DNA of 55,895 bases, counting the filler, from Sphacelaria rigidula (taxonomy: Eukaryota), in assembly GCA_964200075.2 (NCBI GenBank). It is 3 parts of 3 records of this genome, joined end to end, with 100 filler letters (N's around TTAATTAATTAA, not from the genome) between each part and the next. Parts side by side here need not be neighbours in the genome. Positions count along the whole stretch, not along the records: positions 37,341 to 55,895 come from CAXNAA020000837.1; 2 more parts are not named here. One strand, given 5' to 3'. How positions within the stretch are numbered: position 1 is the first letter of the stretch; each line of letters starts with the position of its first letter. Position numbers and translations under genes: made by a program. Below are positions 54,601 to 55,895 of the stretch, piece after piece. The notes beneath the pieces were generated by a model. It worked only from the letters and a program-made list of their open reading frames with translations, did not search any database and had not been told where the DNA came from.

Positions 54601-55677
54601 GAAAAAAAGTAGGGTATTCCCAGAGGACTACAGTACCTCTGTAAAAAAAGCCACCGGTTTATCGCCTCTTCTCGCGTGAGTACGCCTGTCCCTTCACGAC
54701 GAGAAACGTTGAGCCCTACACTATTTCATCATCACTGACCCATTCATTTCAGACCCAGTGTCGCAAAAAAGAATATTTAGAAGCGCAAAAGGGGAACATC
54801 ATGGCTTACCCCTTCTGCAACAGTTCGTCGAGGATGATGACAATAAGTCCCGCGAAGAACAACTGGCAGATGATTAGAATAGCGTTACCGGCTCCCAGGG
54901 TGCTGAGATCTCCGTACATTCCAGACACCACGTAAGCCACAGCCTCGCCGATGGTGATCAGGATACCGAACAGCTGACAAAATCAGAAAGATGCGGGCGA
55001 CGTGTGGAGCAAACCAGCAAAAAATATACAAAAGAGTCGGCACCATGTCGTCGTGCTGCAACATCAAAATTGCACAAGATACACCAAAACACCAACATCC
55101 AACCGAGAAAGACGACGGTGCTTGCAACAGCATCTTGAAACTTCAGCGCATCAAATGCTCCCGACTCGGCCCTCAGCCGTCCCAGACAAGCTTCAAACGA
55201 GTAACAACAATTCCAACACGATTCTCCAGCCAGGACCAGCATTTTAGGGTCGTATCGCCTTGATTTTGCTGACTTTTTATTATTCCTTCTTCGCGTCCTG
55301 GCCTACTCTGTCGATCTGTTCGACTTTTTTTTTCTTCCTTTTTTTCCTCAGCGAGTGTCAGTTTTGTTTTTTTGGGGACGTCAATCATGAGACCACGCCT
55401 AGACCCCTGGGGGGTCAGTTGAAGTGCGACAATCAATCAAATCAAATCATATCAATCAAATACTTCCTGACCCTTATCCCCCTGAACCGCCAGTCCTACC
55501 GCCGTTCCACTACAGAAAACAACGTATTTTCATTTCCCCACGCTCCGCCCTCACGGCCCACCTTTTGGGCTCCGCTGAAGAGCGCGCGATCTTCCTTGAT
55601 GCTCTGATTTACTTCGATGATTCGAGAACCAGCGAGAAGTTGCATGACTAGCGATGACGTAACGATTGGAGAGATAC
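45635..55677 (-). CDS. SEC61A: Protein transport protein Sec61 subunit alpha (last 8 exons; 5' end beyond the window)
   Basis: Exons (minus strand): 55562-55677, 54810-54973, 52764-52926, 51964-52083, 50192-50344, 49345-49554, 47963-48031, 45635-45826, all GT-AG and in phase. Hallmark sequences: [103 protein letters not shown]. Confidence 0.97.
45940..47110. repeat. Tandem ~365-bp GC-rich units, each with an internal inverted repeat, in the last Sec61a intron
   Basis: ~46355-46700 resembles ~46738-47090. Hairpin arms at 46484-46517/46583-46616 and 46849-46882/46950-46983; degenerate copies at 45960-46200. Confidence 0.75.
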
Positions 55678-55734
55678 CTGTAGGGAAAGCACCGGGGGTG
55701 ACGGGAAGAGGGGAATAGGAACGGGAGGGGGGAG

Positions 55735-55895
55735 GGGGGGTGTACTCATTCGTTGCTCGCTTCGTCGTTTGACCATTGACCACGCATGCCTTTCCACACG
55801 GAGCAGGGGGGAGGGCGGGGTGGCGGGGTGTACTCATGATCATGCATGCCGTAGTCATCAGACCATTGACCTCGCATCCCTACAAAGCCGGGACG
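55735..55895 (+). repeat. Two tandem copies of the dispersed ~70-bp module in a Sec61a intron
   Basis: GGGGTGTACTCAT...GACCATTGACC.CGCAT twice; runs off the window end. Confidence 0.8.

Overview
Eukaryotic, intron-rich, transposon-rich stramenopile DNA, most likely a brown alga (inferred from gene structure, GC-rich exons and TE types). Two 100-bp scaffolding gaps split it into three contigs. Two host genes reconstruct exon by exon on the minus strand with GT-AG introns in consistent phase: a 7-exon CCT-domain protein (22779-31035, about 795 aa) and the last 8 exons of Sec61 alpha (45635-55677, 5' end outside the window). The rest is mostly decayed mobile DNA: an RTE-like LINE split by a 360-bp foldback element with a 4-bp TSD, an 877-bp hAT deletion derivative with an 8-bp TSD, a rearranged Ty3/gypsy element with three LTR copies inside a (TTA)n microsatellite, two Harbinger/Tourist-like MITE families, a DIRS/Ngaro tyrosine recombinase remnant and unclassified repeats. 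The most unusual signals are a complete tRNA-like cloverleaf with an aberrant anticodon arm apparently inside the gypsy 3' LTR (18425-18509), and a 12-bp palindrome (CAATATATATTG) repeated every ~42 bp with largely unrelated ~30-bp spacers (2996-3217). All alignments were done by eye.
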